64,000 bases of DNA from an uncultured Candidatus Saccharibacteria bacterium (GCA_963535445.1 CAUSWA010000001.1:10896-74895), one strand, 5' to 3'; shown: positions 28,357 to 38,865, counted from the stretch's first letter. Notes: generated by a model not told the origin, from the sequence alone. Numbers and translations: made by a program.

Positions 28357-29427
28357 ATGCCAGAACAAGAATTACGGATTGAAGTTTTACTAGAGGAAGT
28401 TATCAAGCGTCGAGCTAGCGACTTGCATATTCAAGTTGGTTTGCCGCCGATGCTGCGAATTGACGGTACATTGATAGCTATTGCTGGCTTTGATGCTCTC
28501 GATGAAGCTCAGGTTGAATCGTTGGTATTTGCAATTTTGGACGAAGATCAGCAGCAAATTCTTCTCAAGGACAAAGAATTTGACTTCTCGTTTGCTTTCG
28601 GTACGCTCGGACGATTCCGGGTCAATGCTTTCCATGAGCGCGGTAACCTAGCAGCAGCGCTGCGCTTAATTCCAAATGAGATTAAGTCGGTGACCGAGCT
28701 CGGTATGCCGCCAGTAGTGATGAATTTTGCCGATTACCCGCGCGGTTTGGTGCTGGTGACTGGGCCGACTGGCTCTGGCAAGTCGACTACTCTGGCGGCG
28801 CTGGTTGATAAGATTAACTCTGAAAAATCGCAGCATATCATTACTATCGAAGACCCGATTGAGTTTACGCACAAGTCGAAAAAATCGGTAGTTGTGCAGC
28901 GCGAAGTTCATTATGATACCTATTCATTCTCGGCGGCGCTGCGCTCCAGTCTTCGCCAAGACCCGGATGTGGTGCTGATTGGCGAGATGCGCGACCTCGA
29001 GACGATCTCGGCGGCGATCACCATTGCCGAGACCGGGCACTTGGTGTTTGCGACGCTGCACACCAACTCGGCGGCGCAATCAATCGATCGTATGATTGAC
29101 GTCTTCCCGCCGCATCAGCAGCCGCAAATCCGCGCGCAGCTCAGTAATATTTTGATGGCAATTTGTTCGCAGCGGCTAGTGCCAGCGATTGGTGGCGGGC
29201 GCGTCGTGTCGGCAGAAATTTTAATTGCTAATCCGGCAGTTCGTAACGTTATCCGCGAAGGCAAGACTCATCAGCTTGACGCGATTATCCAAACCGGTGC
29301 CGACCAAGGTATGCAGACAATGGATCGCACATTGGTGCAGTTGGTCCAAAGCGGCACGATTACTTATGATAGCGCGCGGGAATTCGCTGTTGACTTGACC
29401 GAATTTGAAAGGTTAATCAGGGGATAA
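28357..29427 (+). CDS. pilT: Type IV pilus retraction ATPase PilT
   Basis: ASDLH, GPTGSGKSTTLA, TIEDPIEF, AVRNVIRE, GMQTMD. Confidence 0.95.
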   Translation: MPEQELRIEVLLEEVIKRRASDLHIQVGLPPMLRIDGTLIAIAGFDALDEAQVESLVFAILDEDQQQILLKDKEFDFSFAFGTLGRFRVNAFHERGNLAAALRLIPNEIKSVTELGMPPVVMNFADYPRGLVLVTGPTGSGKSTTLAALVDKINSEKSQHIITIEDPIEFTHKSKKSVVVQREVHYDTYSFSAALRSSLRQDPDVVLIGEMRDLETISAAITIAETGHLVFATLHTNSAAQSIDRMIDVFPPHQQPQIRAQLSNILMAICSQRLVPAIGGGRVVSAEILIANPAVRNVIREGKTHQLDAIIQTGADQGMQTMDRTLVQLVQSGTITYDSAREFAVDLTEFERLIRG

Positions 29428-29430
29428 TTA

Positions 29431-30636
29431 ATGAAAAAGTTTACCTACGAAGCACGCGATAAAGCGACGGGCAACATTGTCAAATCGCTGGTTCAAGCTG
29501 AATCTGAGAGCGAAGCCGCTAAAGCGCTGACCGCTCAGGGCTATATGCCGCTATCAATCAAGGAGGAAGTCGAGGGCGGCTGGCTAGCGCGCTTTACCAA
29601 CCGAATTTCTAGCAAGGATAAGATCATTTTCTCGCGCCAGCTGGCAACATTGATTGGCGCTGGATTACCGTTGACGCAAAGCCTGCATACGGTATTTGAA
29701 CAGACTGCCAACAAAAAAATGCAGGAGATTGTCCAAGAAATCATTGCCGACGTTGAAGGCGGTAAGACATTATCTTCGGCCTTTGGCAAACATCCAGAAG
29801 TATTTAACAAAATTTTCATTGCGCTAGTTACCGCTGGCGAGGCATCGGGTACGCTTGATGATGCACTAAAGCGGATTGCCGACCAGCAAGAAAAAGATGC
29901 AGCAATGGTCAGCAAAATTCGCGGCGCTATGGTGTATCCTGGTATTGTACTAGCGGTGATGGTTGCGGTTGGCGTATTTATGATGGTAACAATCGTGCCG
30001 CAGGTTGCCAAGTTGTACTCTGATATGAAGAAGACCTTGCCAGTTTTGACATCAATTTTAATCGGAATATCTAATTTTGTGATTAATTTTTGGTGGTTAA
30101 CCTTAATTCTATTAGCGCTAGCGATCTTTTTTGCGCGGCAATATGTTCGTACCGAAGCGGGTTCTCGCTTATTGGATAATCTGAAGCTTAATATGCCGCC
30201 GTTCAAAGGTATGTTCCGTCGTCTTTATATGGCGCGGTTTACGCGTATGGGACAGACTTTGCTAGTTACTGGCGTACCGATGCTGGATATGCTGGCTATT
30301 GCCGCTGAGGGTGTTAATAACGCTGTTGTAGCCGAAGAGATTACTAGAGCTGCTGGTAAGGTGCAGAGCGGTAAAGCACTTTCGGCTGCTTTGCAGACAG
30401 AGGATTATATTTTGCCGATGGTACCGCAGATGATCAAAATCGGCGAACAATCGGGTAGGATTGACGAGATGATGGGCAAGACAGCGCAAGCTTATGAGGA
30501 CGAACTCGACGAAGAAATTCAAGCGATTTCAACAATGATTGAGCCGATTATGATGGTAATTCTGGCTATATTCGCCGGCGTGTTGATTGGGGCGGTATTA
30601 TTCCCAATTTACAGCCTAGTCGGCAGCGTACGATAG
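29431..30636 (+). CDS. pilC: Type IV pilus platform protein PilC
   Basis: FSRQLATLIGAG, GEASGTLD, AMVYP, GEQSG, MIEP. Confidence 0.95.
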   Translation: MKKFTYEARDKATGNIVKSLVQAESESEAAKALTAQGYMPLSIKEEVEGGWLARFTNRISSKDKIIFSRQLATLIGAGLPLTQSLHTVFEQTANKKMQEIVQEIIADVEGGKTLSSAFGKHPEVFNKIFIALVTAGEASGTLDDALKRIADQQEKDAAMVSKIRGAMVYPGIVLAVMVAVGVFMMVTIVPQVAKLYSDMKKTLPVLTSILIGISNFVINFWWLTLILLALAIFFARQYVRTEAGSRLLDNLKLNMPPFKGMFRRLYMARFTRMGQTLLVTGVPMLDMLAIAAEGVNNAVVAEEITRAAGKVQSGKALSAALQTEDYILPMVPQMIKIGEQSGRIDEMMGKTAQAYEDELDEEIQAISTMIEPIMMVILAIFAGVLIGAVLFPIYSLVGSVR

Positions 30637-30639
30637 GTC

Positions 30640-30668
30640 TAGACAACTGAAAAAACCTACGTTATACT
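30640..30668 (+). promoter_or_regulatory. Dedicated promoter for the major pilin
   Basis: TAGACA-17-TATACT. Confidence 0.65.
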
Positions 30669-30713
30669 GGGTACAGTTGAGCATAAGTTCAAAGGGAAAG
30701 GTGGAACTAAATT

Positions 30714-31172
30714 ATGACAAAACAACAGATTAAAGACCGTGGTTTTACAATCATCGAGGTCGTTTTGGTGCTGGCGATTGCTGCACTGATTTTCTTGATG
30801 GTGTTTATTGCGTTGCCAGCACTGCAAGCTAGTCAGCGCGATACAGCTCGCAAAAACGATGTCAGTATAGTGTCGGCTGCGTATAATAGTGCTTTGAGCA
30901 ACAACCGTGGTGGCACTTCCGTAAACCAAGATGTACTTCGAAGGTTTGTTAATGGCGTATCGGAAAATACTAGTACTGATAGCATAAACATCGCTGGCTT
31001 TAGTGACAGGATTACTGTCAATGATGCGCAGATCATTGTAGTTGTAGGGGCTAGGTGTGGTACATCAAACCCTGAGGGACAGCAGGAGTTAATTAGGGGT
31101 ACTCGTCGTCAATACGCTACGTTTACGCGTCTAGAGGCTGGAAACCATGCTGCGTATTGTCTAGATTCGTAA
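30714..31172 (+). CDS. pilA: Type IV pilin, probable major pilin
   Basis: RG|FTIIEVVLVLAI, QRD..RK.D, C-terminal Cys pair; own promoter and terminator. Confidence 0.85.
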   Translation: MTKQQIKDRGFTIIEVVLVLAIAALIFLMVFIALPALQASQRDTARKNDVSIVSAAYNSALSNNRGGTSVNQDVLRRFVNGVSENTSTDSINIAGFSDRITVNDAQIIVVVGARCGTSNPEGQQELIRGTRRQYATFTRLEAGNHAAYCLDS

Positions 31173-31195
31173 ATCTATAATGTCTACAGTTTTTT

Positions 31196-31225
31196 AAAAA
31201 GGTTGCGCAAAAGCGTAACCTTTTT
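31196..31225 (+). terminator. Intrinsic terminator after the pilin gene
   Basis: aaaaaggttgcgc-aaaa-gcgtaaccttttt. Confidence 0.8.
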
Positions 31226-31239
31226 GCTATACTAGACGT

Positions 31240-32112
31240 ATGATAGTTGTATCAATTGCTATAGTGTGCGGGGTATTCGGGCTGGTGCTTGGCAGCTTTG
31301 CTGGAGCGCAAGTCTGGCGGCTGCGAGCTCGCCAACTTGTTGCTGACAAAAAGGCCGGCGAATCGTACAACAAGGCCGAATACAAAAAATTATCGCCGCT
31401 CCTGAAAGGTAAGAAGCAGCAAGACCGCTCGCGCTGCTTGAGCTGCGGGCACCAACTCGGTTTATGCGACTTGATTCCGCTAATTAGCTGGCTATCGACA
31501 CGTGGTCGTTGCCGATATTGCAGTAAGCGCATCGGCTACTTTGAGCCGTTGATGGAATTATCTCTCGCGGCGGCATTTATGGTATCGTTCTTGGCCTGGC
31601 CATGGCACCTGGCGGGGTTGCAGTGGGTATTGTTTGTTGTTTGGTGTATATCGTTGGTAGCTCTAATCATGTTAGTTGCTTACGATATCAAATGGCGAAT
31701 TCTGCCAGACTTTCTTACTGTTTCGTATGGCCTGGTCTCGCTAGTCTTTGTGGTGCTGCGTTATTTTATAGTTAATGACGTTAAATTATATAGTTTGGCA
31801 ATAGCGCTAGTGATTATGTCGGGTGTTTATGGTGTGCTCTACTTGATATCGAAAGGTAAGTGGATCGGTCTAGGCGACGTGAAATTAGGTGTTGGCTTGG
31901 GGTTGATATTGGCTTCGTGGCAGACGGCTTTTGTTGGGCTGTTTCTAGCTAACTTGGTTGGCTGTGTCTTGGTGATTCCAGGGCTTGCCAGCAAGAAACT
32001 CAAAGCTAATAGCGAGATTGCTTTTGGTCCATTGTTGGCCTTAGGATCGTTTATTTCGTTTTTTGTTGGTGCGCGAATTATGGACTGGCTAGTGATTGCA
32101 TCGTTTTTCTAG
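31240..32112 (+). CDS. pilD: Prepilin peptidase
   Basis: GSF, RSRCLSCG..DLIPLISW..RGRCRYC, GLGDVKL, FGPLL. Confidence 0.93.
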   Translation: MIVVSIAIVCGVFGLVLGSFAGAQVWRLRARQLVADKKAGESYNKAEYKKLSPLLKGKKQQDRSRCLSCGHQLGLCDLIPLISWLSTRGRCRYCSKRIGYFEPLMELSLAAAFMVSFLAWPWHLAGLQWVLFVVWCISLVALIMLVAYDIKWRILPDFLTVSYGLVSLVFVVLRYFIVNDVKLYSLAIALVIMSGVYGVLYLISKGKWIGLGDVKLGVGLGLILASWQTAFVGLFLANLVGCVLVIPGLASKKLKANSEIAFGPLLALGSFISFFVGARIMDWLVIASFF

Positions 32113-32147
32113 TATCAATGTGATGATGCTTATGCTAAAATAGTGAT

Positions 32148-32918
32148 ATGAATAAGTTGTCGGGGGGCTTCACAATTATCGAGGTAATGTTGTTCCTGGC
32201 TGTTTCGGGGGTGTTGGCTGCTGGTATATTGGCGACAGTCGGCGGTACTATTGGCGCTCAGCGTTATCGCGATGCTGTTGACTCGTTTGCTGATTTTATC
32301 CAAGGTCAATATGACAAAACTGTGAATGTTCAAAATGACACAGAAAATCACAATGAGTGCGGGCTTAATGCCGATAAAGACCGGATAGTCGTTAGCGATA
32401 GCAGTACAGTATTGGCAGGTACGAGCCGCGTGTGCATGATTGTTGGACGTTTTATATCGTCGGTTGATGGTGTTAACTTTACAGCACGGCCGCTGTATAT
32501 AGCGACAGAAAACGAAGACCAAATGAACAAGGCTTTATTATCGCAAGGCGATTACGATTTTTTGCAGAGGGCAGCTGATAGGAACGCGTTGTCGGCTACT
32601 AAGTCGGCGCTGTTAACCACATCAAATACTGGACACTCTGTTGATAACTATGCGCTCGGCTGGGATACTCGAATTGATGAGAGCAAAACTGATCGAATAA
32701 TCTCGATCGCCATCGTACGGTCGCCAGTCAGCGGTGTTATCCACACGTACTTTTCTAGCAAGACAAGCGTTAGCGACACGATAACGGCAGGCGGGTTAAA
32801 TCAGGCAAGGCTTTGCGTTGACCCTAGCGGCTGGCTAACTGGCGCGCGGTTAGGCGTGCGGATTGACCGCGATGCAGCACTAGAAAGCTCAGTGCAAGTT
32901 GTCGGGGAGGGCTGCTAG
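32148..32918 (+). CDS. Minor pilin
   Basis: GG|FTIIEVMLFLAV. Confidence 0.85.
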   Translation: MNKLSGGFTIIEVMLFLAVSGVLAAGILATVGGTIGAQRYRDAVDSFADFIQGQYDKTVNVQNDTENHNECGLNADKDRIVVSDSSTVLAGTSRVCMIVGRFISSVDGVNFTARPLYIATENEDQMNKALLSQGDYDFLQRAADRNALSATKSALLTTSNTGHSVDNYALGWDTRIDESKTDRIISIAIVRSPVSGVIHTYFSSKTSVSDTITAGGLNQARLCVDPSGWLTGARLGVRIDRDAALESSVQVVGEGC

Positions 32919-33506
32919 ATGCGTTATAGCCGCGGCGACACCATTATCGAGGTAATGTTTAGTTTTGTGGTATTTAGCTTGTTGACCGTAGGAACTTACA
33001 TAGTTATGAATCGCGGCACGCAGATTGCCCAGCGTTCGCTTGAGATTACGCTTGTCCGCCAGCAACTTGACGCTCAAGTGTCCCTTATTAGATATGTTAA
33101 AGATACTAATCCTGCGCAGTGGGCAGAGCTAACTAGCAGCAAATTTTTGGTCAATAATCCACTTGATGTTGTGAGTGCCAGCTCAGATGGCTGCCCTGCG
33201 CCTGGCGGCCGTGTTGATTTAGCCACTGGCACAAATGCTTTTTTTATGTCGGTTGATCAAAAGAATGATACAGTTCTGCCAGTACGCGTTTTGAACACGA
33301 CATATTCGCCACCTTCGGTTTACGCTAACGTTGATTTAATTAACGCTAAAACATACGGTGTTTTTGCCCAAATTGTTCGAGCCGAGCAGAACTCAGGCGT
33401 AAATACTGCTAAAGCTTACGATGTGTATGTGAATGCTTGCTGGGATAGTGTTGGCGCGGCAGCGCCGTTAACCATAGGAACGGTGACGAGGATATATGAC
33501 AAGTAA
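32919..33506 (+). CDS. Minor pilin (PilV position) with Asp at +1
   Basis: RG|DTIIEVMFSFVVF. Confidence 0.8.
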   Translation: MRYSRGDTIIEVMFSFVVFSLLTVGTYIVMNRGTQIAQRSLEITLVRQQLDAQVSLIRYVKDTNPAQWAELTSSKFLVNNPLDVVSASSDGCPAPGGRVDLATGTNAFFMSVDQKNDTVLPVRVLNTTYSPPSVYANVDLINAKTYGVFAQIVRAEQNSGVNTAKAYDVYVNACWDSVGAAAPLTIGTVTRIYDK

Positions 33507-34227
33507 TAAGAATGCAAATCAGATACAGGGTTTTACTTTAGTAGAATTGCTTTTAGCTATGACTGGGGTGGCGATACTTTTGGTGGCGGTGGCAACTACT
33601 ACGATACAGCTGATGAATATGTATCACAAAGGTATCACGATTAAAACGATTAATTCTGCTGGCCGCGAGGTTGGCGATATGATAAAGCGTGATGGTTTGT
33701 CGGCAAAGGGCCGAGATATCGTTCAGGTGGCTCCTAGCGATAGCGGTACCGGTGGTTTGGGTCGATTGTGTTTTGGCTCGTATACTTATGTTTGGAATAC
33801 GCCAGAGAACTTGAGGTCAAGGGACGCTAGTGCTGGCGTGGTTTACGACGATGATCCTAGCCACAGCAAAATCGTTTTTGCCCGTGTGGCCGACCCGGAT
33901 GGTTCCCTATGCAAAGCGACGAGAGGGCAATACCCAAAAGTGATTACTAAGGGCGCTCCGATGAATGCCGTAGAAGTACTAGGCGATAAAGATACCGGTC
34001 TAGCAATTCACAATATTTCTTTGACCGATCTATTTGTCGATAGTAATAGCCGGGCTGGTTATACGATTGGTTATACGCTTGGTACTTATGAAGAGGATAC
34101 CTATCGTAATGGCATAATTAATTCTAGCGATGCGCAGTGCTTAGCACAGTCTGAAGAGACTAATAACTATACTTTTTGCGCGATTAATCAGTTCGCGGAA
34201 ACTATAATTACAGAGAGGGCATCATGA
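33496..34227 (+). CDS. Minor pilin (PilW position)
   Basis: QG|FTLVELLLAM. Confidence 0.85.
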   Translation: MTSNKNANQIQGFTLVELLLAMTGVAILLVAVATTTIQLMNMYHKGITIKTINSAGREVGDMIKRDGLSAKGRDIVQVAPSDSGTGGLGRLCFGSYTYVWNTPENLRSRDASAGVVYDDDPSHSKIVFARVADPDGSLCKATRGQYPKVITKGAPMNAVEVLGDKDTGLAIHNISLTDLFVDSNSRAGYTIGYTLGTYEEDTYRNGIINSSDAQCLAQSEETNNYTFCAINQFAETIITERAS

Positions 34228-35378
34228 CGCATTCCAAGCAATCCGGCCTAGTTTCAATTATTGTTGTAATGTTTACAGCTATATTATTAATGGTAGTGTC
34301 AACTGGCTTTATTCGCATCATGGTTCAAGAAGAATCGCGCGCTTCCAATAATAACTTGTCGCGTACCGCCTACGAATCTGCGGTGGCGGGCGTCGAGGAT
34401 GGCAAGCGGGCGATTATGGCTTGCCAGCGCGGCGGCTCGGCTAGCGCTGCTTGCAAGGCGATTGCTGCTAAACGTTGCAGTACAATACAAGATGCTGGCA
34501 TAATTAGTAGCATAAGTAATACCGCTATCACTATCAAGAGTGGTACTAACTTACAATACATTAGCGGACAGGCTTATACTTGTGTATTGATCGATTCGCA
34601 AACAAGCGATGTGGTGTATAGTCTCAAGGAGGGCAGCTCGCGCGTTGTGCCGCTGCGCGTCAACAAAGATACCTCTATGATTAGACTTCAATGGATGATG
34701 AAAAATGATAAGGTGTCGACAATATCGTCTGCTGATGGCGGCGACACTTTACCAAAACGCGTGGAATGGCCGGCCGATGCGCCAGCGCTATTGCGTATTC
34801 AGGCGGTTGTTCCAGAGAGCACGACAGTTAACGGGCAACAAAGTTTTGATAGCTCAATTGTCTCGACTGCCTTCTTGCGTCCGTCTGGTATTCGCGCGCC
34901 GAGAAATTTGTTAGATAGTACTGCGTTTAATGCGGTGGCGCCGCAATCGGTTCGTGCTGCTGGTAGCGCTACAAACGCGATAGCAGGCGTCTCACCAATT
35001 ACGTGTTCAGCGGAAGCTTTTGATAATCATCAATATGCTTGTTCGGCCTATGTCACATTGCCGCGCAATCTTGTTGCTGGCAATCCAATGGCTTTTTTGC
35101 GAATCACCAGTATTTATAATGACACTGATGTTAGATTATCGTTTGATAATATCGGCGATGGTACAATTAAATTTGACGGCGTGCAGCCAAAAGTCGATTC
35201 AACTGGCCGAGCCGGTGATGTATATCGTCGCGTATCTAGCCGGATTAGCTCGTCTAGCAATATCAATTATCCTGAATATGCAGTTGATATTACAGGCAGT
35301 CTTTGTAAAGACTTCTCGGTAACTAATCAAGGGGTACCTTCGGCATTAACATGCAAAGTTATTCCAGAAGAGCAGTAA
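34224..35378 (+). CDS. PilX-like minor pilin
   Basis: QSG|LVSIIVVMF without E5; AYESAVAGVEDG. Confidence 0.8.
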   Translation: MTHSKQSGLVSIIVVMFTAILLMVVSTGFIRIMVQEESRASNNNLSRTAYESAVAGVEDGKRAIMACQRGGSASAACKAIAAKRCSTIQDAGIISSISNTAITIKSGTNLQYISGQAYTCVLIDSQTSDVVYSLKEGSSRVVPLRVNKDTSMIRLQWMMKNDKVSTISSADGGDTLPKRVEWPADAPALLRIQAVVPESTTVNGQQSFDSSIVSTAFLRPSGIRAPRNLLDSTAFNAVAPQSVRAAGSATNAIAGVSPITCSAEAFDNHQYACSAYVTLPRNLVAGNPMAFLRITSIYNDTDVRLSFDNIGDGTIKFDGVQPKVDSTGRAGDVYRRVSSRISSSSNINYPEYAVDITGSLCKDFSVTNQGVPSALTCKVIPEEQ

Positions 35379-35413
35379 AACCATAGAGTAATAGAGATAA
35401 TTGAATAAAAAAT

Positions 35414-36337
35414 TTATTCAGTGTCGGTGTGAAATTGCTCGTAAACGTCTTTGAGATGCTGGTCGGTTACATGGGTATATACTTGAGTGGTAGCGATACT
35501 GCTGTGTCCGAGCATGCTTTGTACGCTTCTAATATCGGCGCCGTTCATTAGCAAATCGGTCGCAAAGCTATGCCGCATAGTGTGCGGACTGACGTGTTTG
35601 GTGATGCCAGCTAGCTTAGTGTATTTTTCGATAATTCGCTGAATGCTGCGCTGCGATAGCCGCCGATAATCACCAGAAGTGCTAGTCGTGCCGCTATTGC
35701 GGCTATAGCTCAGGAACAGAGGTTGTAAAGAATCGGTTCGCGCCGATAAGTAATCCTGGACGCGTTCAGCTGCCCGTTTGCTGATAAAAACCGGGCGGTC
35801 CTTTTGTCCTTTACCGCGGACAGTAAACTCGCGGCGCTGCATATTGACGTGATCTTTATTAAGTCCAACAAGTTCCGATACGCGCAGTCCGCTAGAGAAG
35901 AGAAGTTCGAGAATGGCTCTATCGCGAAGTGCTGGCAAACTATCATCATTAGGTACTACATCAAGCATACGCTGCACCTCGTCGCTGTACAAAAAAGTGA
36001 CTTGTTTGCGGTGAACTCTCGGCAATTCTATTTTGTTTGGCGCCATACTTTCGATATCGCGCTTACTTAGGTAATCCAGGAAACCTCGCAGGGCAATGAG
36101 GTGGTAATTCTGAGTAATAAGCGATAAAGTGCCGCCGCGATCTGTCTGATAGCGATTGAGCCATAAGCGATATTTTCTGACTAGCTCTGGGCGGATGTTA
36201 TCAACCGTTAAGTCGAACCCAGCGAATTCTAGAAAACGCTCTAGATAGTGGCGATATGCCTCGCTAGTCTTGATCGATCGTCCGCGTTCAATTTGGAGAT
36301 ACTCCATGAAATCTTCAATCAGCTCTGACATATCCAT
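35414..36337 (-). CDS. Tyrosine recombinase, XerC/XerD family
   Basis: RDRAILELLFSSGLRVSEL, GKGQKDR, HTMRHSFAT, LGH, TQVYTH; ATG 36337 six nt after TACAAT. Confidence 0.92.
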   Translation of the reverse strand: MDMSELIEDFMEYLQIERGRSIKTSEAYRHYLERFLEFAGFDLTVDNIRPELVRKYRLWLNRYQTDRGGTLSLITQNYHLIALRGFLDYLSKRDIESMAPNKIELPRVHRKQVTFLYSDEVQRMLDVVPNDDSLPALRDRAILELLFSSGLRVSELVGLNKDHVNMQRREFTVRGKGQKDRPVFISKRAAERVQDYLSARTDSLQPLFLSYSRNSGTTSTSGDYRRLSQRSIQRIIEKYTKLAGITKHVSPHTMRHSFATDLLMNGADIRSVQSMLGHSSIATTQVYTHVTDQHLKDVYEQFHTDTE

Positions 36338-36470
36338 AAGAATATTGTACGTCGTTAAGGGTAGATAAACAATATATCGAACAAAAAAGTTATTCAAAAT
36401 ATTTATAGTAAATAACTTAGATATATCTGATATAATAGCGGTAAAGCAACTGTATAAATAGGAGGTATAA

Positions 36471-36977
36471 ATGATGGGTGATGTAGAAAAAACACTAATT
36501 GTCTTTAAGCCGGATTCGGTGCAGCGGGGCTTAGTCGGGCGTATTTTGACGCGTTTCGAGCAGGTTGGACTGAAAATAGTCGCTACTAAAATGATTGCGC
36601 CCGACAAGCAACACTACTACCGCCACTACGAAGAAATTGGCAAAATGATCACTCGCCGCGGCAAAGAAAAGTTTGACGTTACGTTAGAAATGATGGTTCA
36701 GGGGCCGGTTATCGCGATGGTACTTGAGGGCGTTGAAGCGGTTGATCTGGTTCGCAAACTTGTCGGTGCGACAGAACCAAAAAGTGCTGCCCCTGGTACC
36801 ATTCGCGGTGACTTTTCGCACATGAGCTTCCAGTATGCTGATAGCGAAGGCAAGGGAGTGCCTAATCTAATTCATGCTAGCGGTAACATTGAGGAAGCCG
36901 CAGAAGAAATATCGCATTGGTTTAGCGATGATGAGTTATATAGTTATCATCGAACTAGCGAGCGCTTTACTCGCTAG
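36471..36977 (+). CDS. ndk: Nucleoside diphosphate kinase
   Basis: EKTLIVFKPD, PGTIRGDF, NLIHASG. Confidence 0.95.
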   Translation: MMGDVEKTLIVFKPDSVQRGLVGRILTRFEQVGLKIVATKMIAPDKQHYYRHYEEIGKMITRRGKEKFDVTLEMMVQGPVIAMVLEGVEAVDLVRKLVGATEPKSAAPGTIRGDFSHMSFQYADSEGKGVPNLIHASGNIEEAAEEISHWFSDDELYSYHRTSERFTR

Positions 36978-37004
36978 TGCTTGCGATGTTACACTAATCC
37001 CAGG

Positions 37005-37081
37005 GCCCCGGTAGCTCAATTGGATAGAGCAGTTCCGTCCTAAGGAAATGGTTGTAGGTTCGACTCCTGTCCGGGGTACCA
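37005..37081 (+). tRNA. tRNA-Arg(CCU)
   Basis: Cloverleaf, anticodon loop GT-CCT-AA, GTTCGAC, encoded CCA. Confidence 0.9.
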
Positions 37082-37091
37082 GGATATTACT

Positions 37092-37616
37092 ATGGCAGCA
37101 GAATTTGAAGGATTACACGACGGCGAGAAAGTATTGCTAGTTTTTCGACGGCACATCATTGCTATGCGGAAGGGTTTCTATTCGCTGCTAATTCCGATGA
37201 CTGTCGGTGCAATACCGTTCTTGATCTGGCAGACTAATCTTGATTTGCTATGGATATTTTTTGGCGGTTTTGTGCTTGGCTTAATCTTGTTTATTTATCA
37301 CTTCTTGATGTGGTTTTATACTGTGTACGCGGTGACTAACGAGCGCATTCGCCAAATCACTCAGCGCGGCTTCTTTGGCCGGGATGTTGTAGAAATAAAT
37401 CTAGATAAGGTCCAAAGTATAAGTTATAATATACCTGGGTTTAGCGGCGAAGTGTTCAAGTTTGGCACCATCATCATGCGTACTTACGTTGGCGATCTGG
37501 TTATTCGGCTAGTCGAGCATCCTAGCAAGATATATAATGAGTTGCAAGACGCAGTTCACGAAGCCGAACTAAGGAGACAGAAAATATATGAAGAAAATAA
37601 AGTTGAAGCGAAGTAA
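37092..37616 (+). CDS. Membrane protein with bacterial PH-like domain
   Basis: Two TMs then YAVTNERI..QRGFF..I.L.KVQSI...FGTI. Confidence 0.75.
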   Translation: MAAEFEGLHDGEKVLLVFRRHIIAMRKGFYSLLIPMTVGAIPFLIWQTNLDLLWIFFGGFVLGLILFIYHFLMWFYTVYAVTNERIRQITQRGFFGRDVVEINLDKVQSISYNIPGFSGEVFKFGTIIMRTYVGDLVIRLVEHPSKIYNELQDAVHEAELRRQKIYEENKVEAK

Positions 37617-38658
37617 AAAACAACCAGCTCCAGCGGCGAGCCGCATTACTAATGAGACTATCGCTGAGCATCGCGAACAGATTTTAGCTGGCGGCCGCAG
37701 GTTTAAATATCCGATTCAATACACCAAGCATAAGCTGATTATTAATACAGTACTTATTTCGATGGCCAGTATCATTCTGCTATTAGTTGGTTGCTGGGCG
37801 GTAATGTATCCGATGCAAAATACTAGTACTATAGCTTATCGAATTTCTCGCATTGCAATGTTGCCGGTTGGCAGTGTTGACGGCGAGCCAGTCCGGTATA
37901 GCGATTATTTGGTGCAGTACCGAGCTTCTGAATACTACTTAAATAAATATGGTGAGGTTAAGGTCAACTCCAAAGACTGGTATGTTCAGCTTGACGACAT
38001 TAAATATCGTTCAATGAATTTAGCCCAACAAGCAGCTTACGCTCGCAAACTAGCTAAGCGCTATAATGTTAGTATTTCGCGAAAAGATGTTAACGATTTT
38101 ATTGACCAGGAACGTACGACAATTAACGGCCGCGTGTCGCAAGAAACATATGATGCGTCGATTCGTATGCTTTATGGAGAGAGTGCTGACGACTATCGGC
38201 TAATTGTCGAAAACGGGCTGCTAAAAAATAAAGTCGCCTTTGCTATGGATACAACTGCAAAAGATCAGGCTGATAAAGCCTTATCTTTACTGAAGTCTAA
38301 TGGTGACTTTGCCAAAACGGTTGAAACTATCAATAAACAATCGACCGAGGGCAAATTATCAGCTGGCAATAGCGGATCAGTTGATATTAGCAGTAAATTT
38401 AATGGACTTAGGGTTTCGGACATTTCGAAAACTCCAGTCGGCAGCTTATCTAGTATTACAAGGAGCACTAATGATGACGGTTACTACATAGTAAAAGTTG
38501 TTGCGAAAACTGACAAGAAGATAACCTTTGAATATATTCATATACCGTTGACGGCTTTTAAGTCGCAATTTGAGCAGCTAAAAAAGAGTGGTAAGATTAG
38601 CGAATATATAACCATTCCAGATAACAGCCAAACTGGCGGCGCAGTAGTTAACCAGTAG
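37588..38658 (+). CDS. SurA/PrsA-like membrane-anchored foldase
   Basis: TM, VGSVDGEPVRY, helical SurA-N-like region, GDFAK..GYYIVKV parvulin-like remnant. Confidence 0.65.
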   Translation: MKKIKLKRSKKQPAPAASRITNETIAEHREQILAGGRRFKYPIQYTKHKLIINTVLISMASIILLLVGCWAVMYPMQNTSTIAYRISRIAMLPVGSVDGEPVRYSDYLVQYRASEYYLNKYGEVKVNSKDWYVQLDDIKYRSMNLAQQAAYARKLAKRYNVSISRKDVNDFIDQERTTINGRVSQETYDASIRMLYGESADDYRLIVENGLLKNKVAFAMDTTAKDQADKALSLLKSNGDFAKTVETINKQSTEGKLSAGNSGSVDISSKFNGLRVSDISKTPVGSLSSITRSTNDDGYYIVKVVAKTDKKITFEYIHIPLTAFKSQFEQLKKSGKISEYITIPDNSQTGGAVVNQ

Positions 38659-38714
38659 GCGTTTTTCGCTTGCACATAACTAGGTAATGATATATAATGC
38701 ACACTGAATAGTTT

Positions 38715-38792
38715 GCGCTCGTAGTGAAGCTGGTCTATCACGCCTCCCTGTCACGGAGGAGATCGCCGGTTCGAATCCGGTCGGGCGCGCCA
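38715..38792 (+). tRNA. tRNA-Asp(GUC)
   Basis: Anticodon arm cctcc CT-GTC-AC ggagg; GTTCGAATC; CCA. Confidence 0.95.
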
Positions 38793-38826
38793 TAGAAAGC
38801 GTCCCACGAAGTGGGGCTTTTTCTAT
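38793..38826 (+). terminator. Terminator after tRNA-Asp
   Basis: aaagcgtcccac-gaa-gtggggctttttct. Confidence 0.6.
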
Positions 38827-38865
38827 GGTAGGATTGTTTGGCTTTTGTTATAATATAAACGTATT

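Noticed and set aside
36387..36418. aagttatt/aataactt inverted repeat as a dif site
   Set aside because: AT-rich 8-bp arms with a 16-nt spacer do not fit the 11-6-11 dif layout.
35414..36607. Recombinase as a pilin shufflon invertase or island integrase; 397-aa start
   Set aside because: It looks like a housekeeping Xer; no repeated inversion sites or alternative pilin ends were seen; the extended start overlaps ndk.
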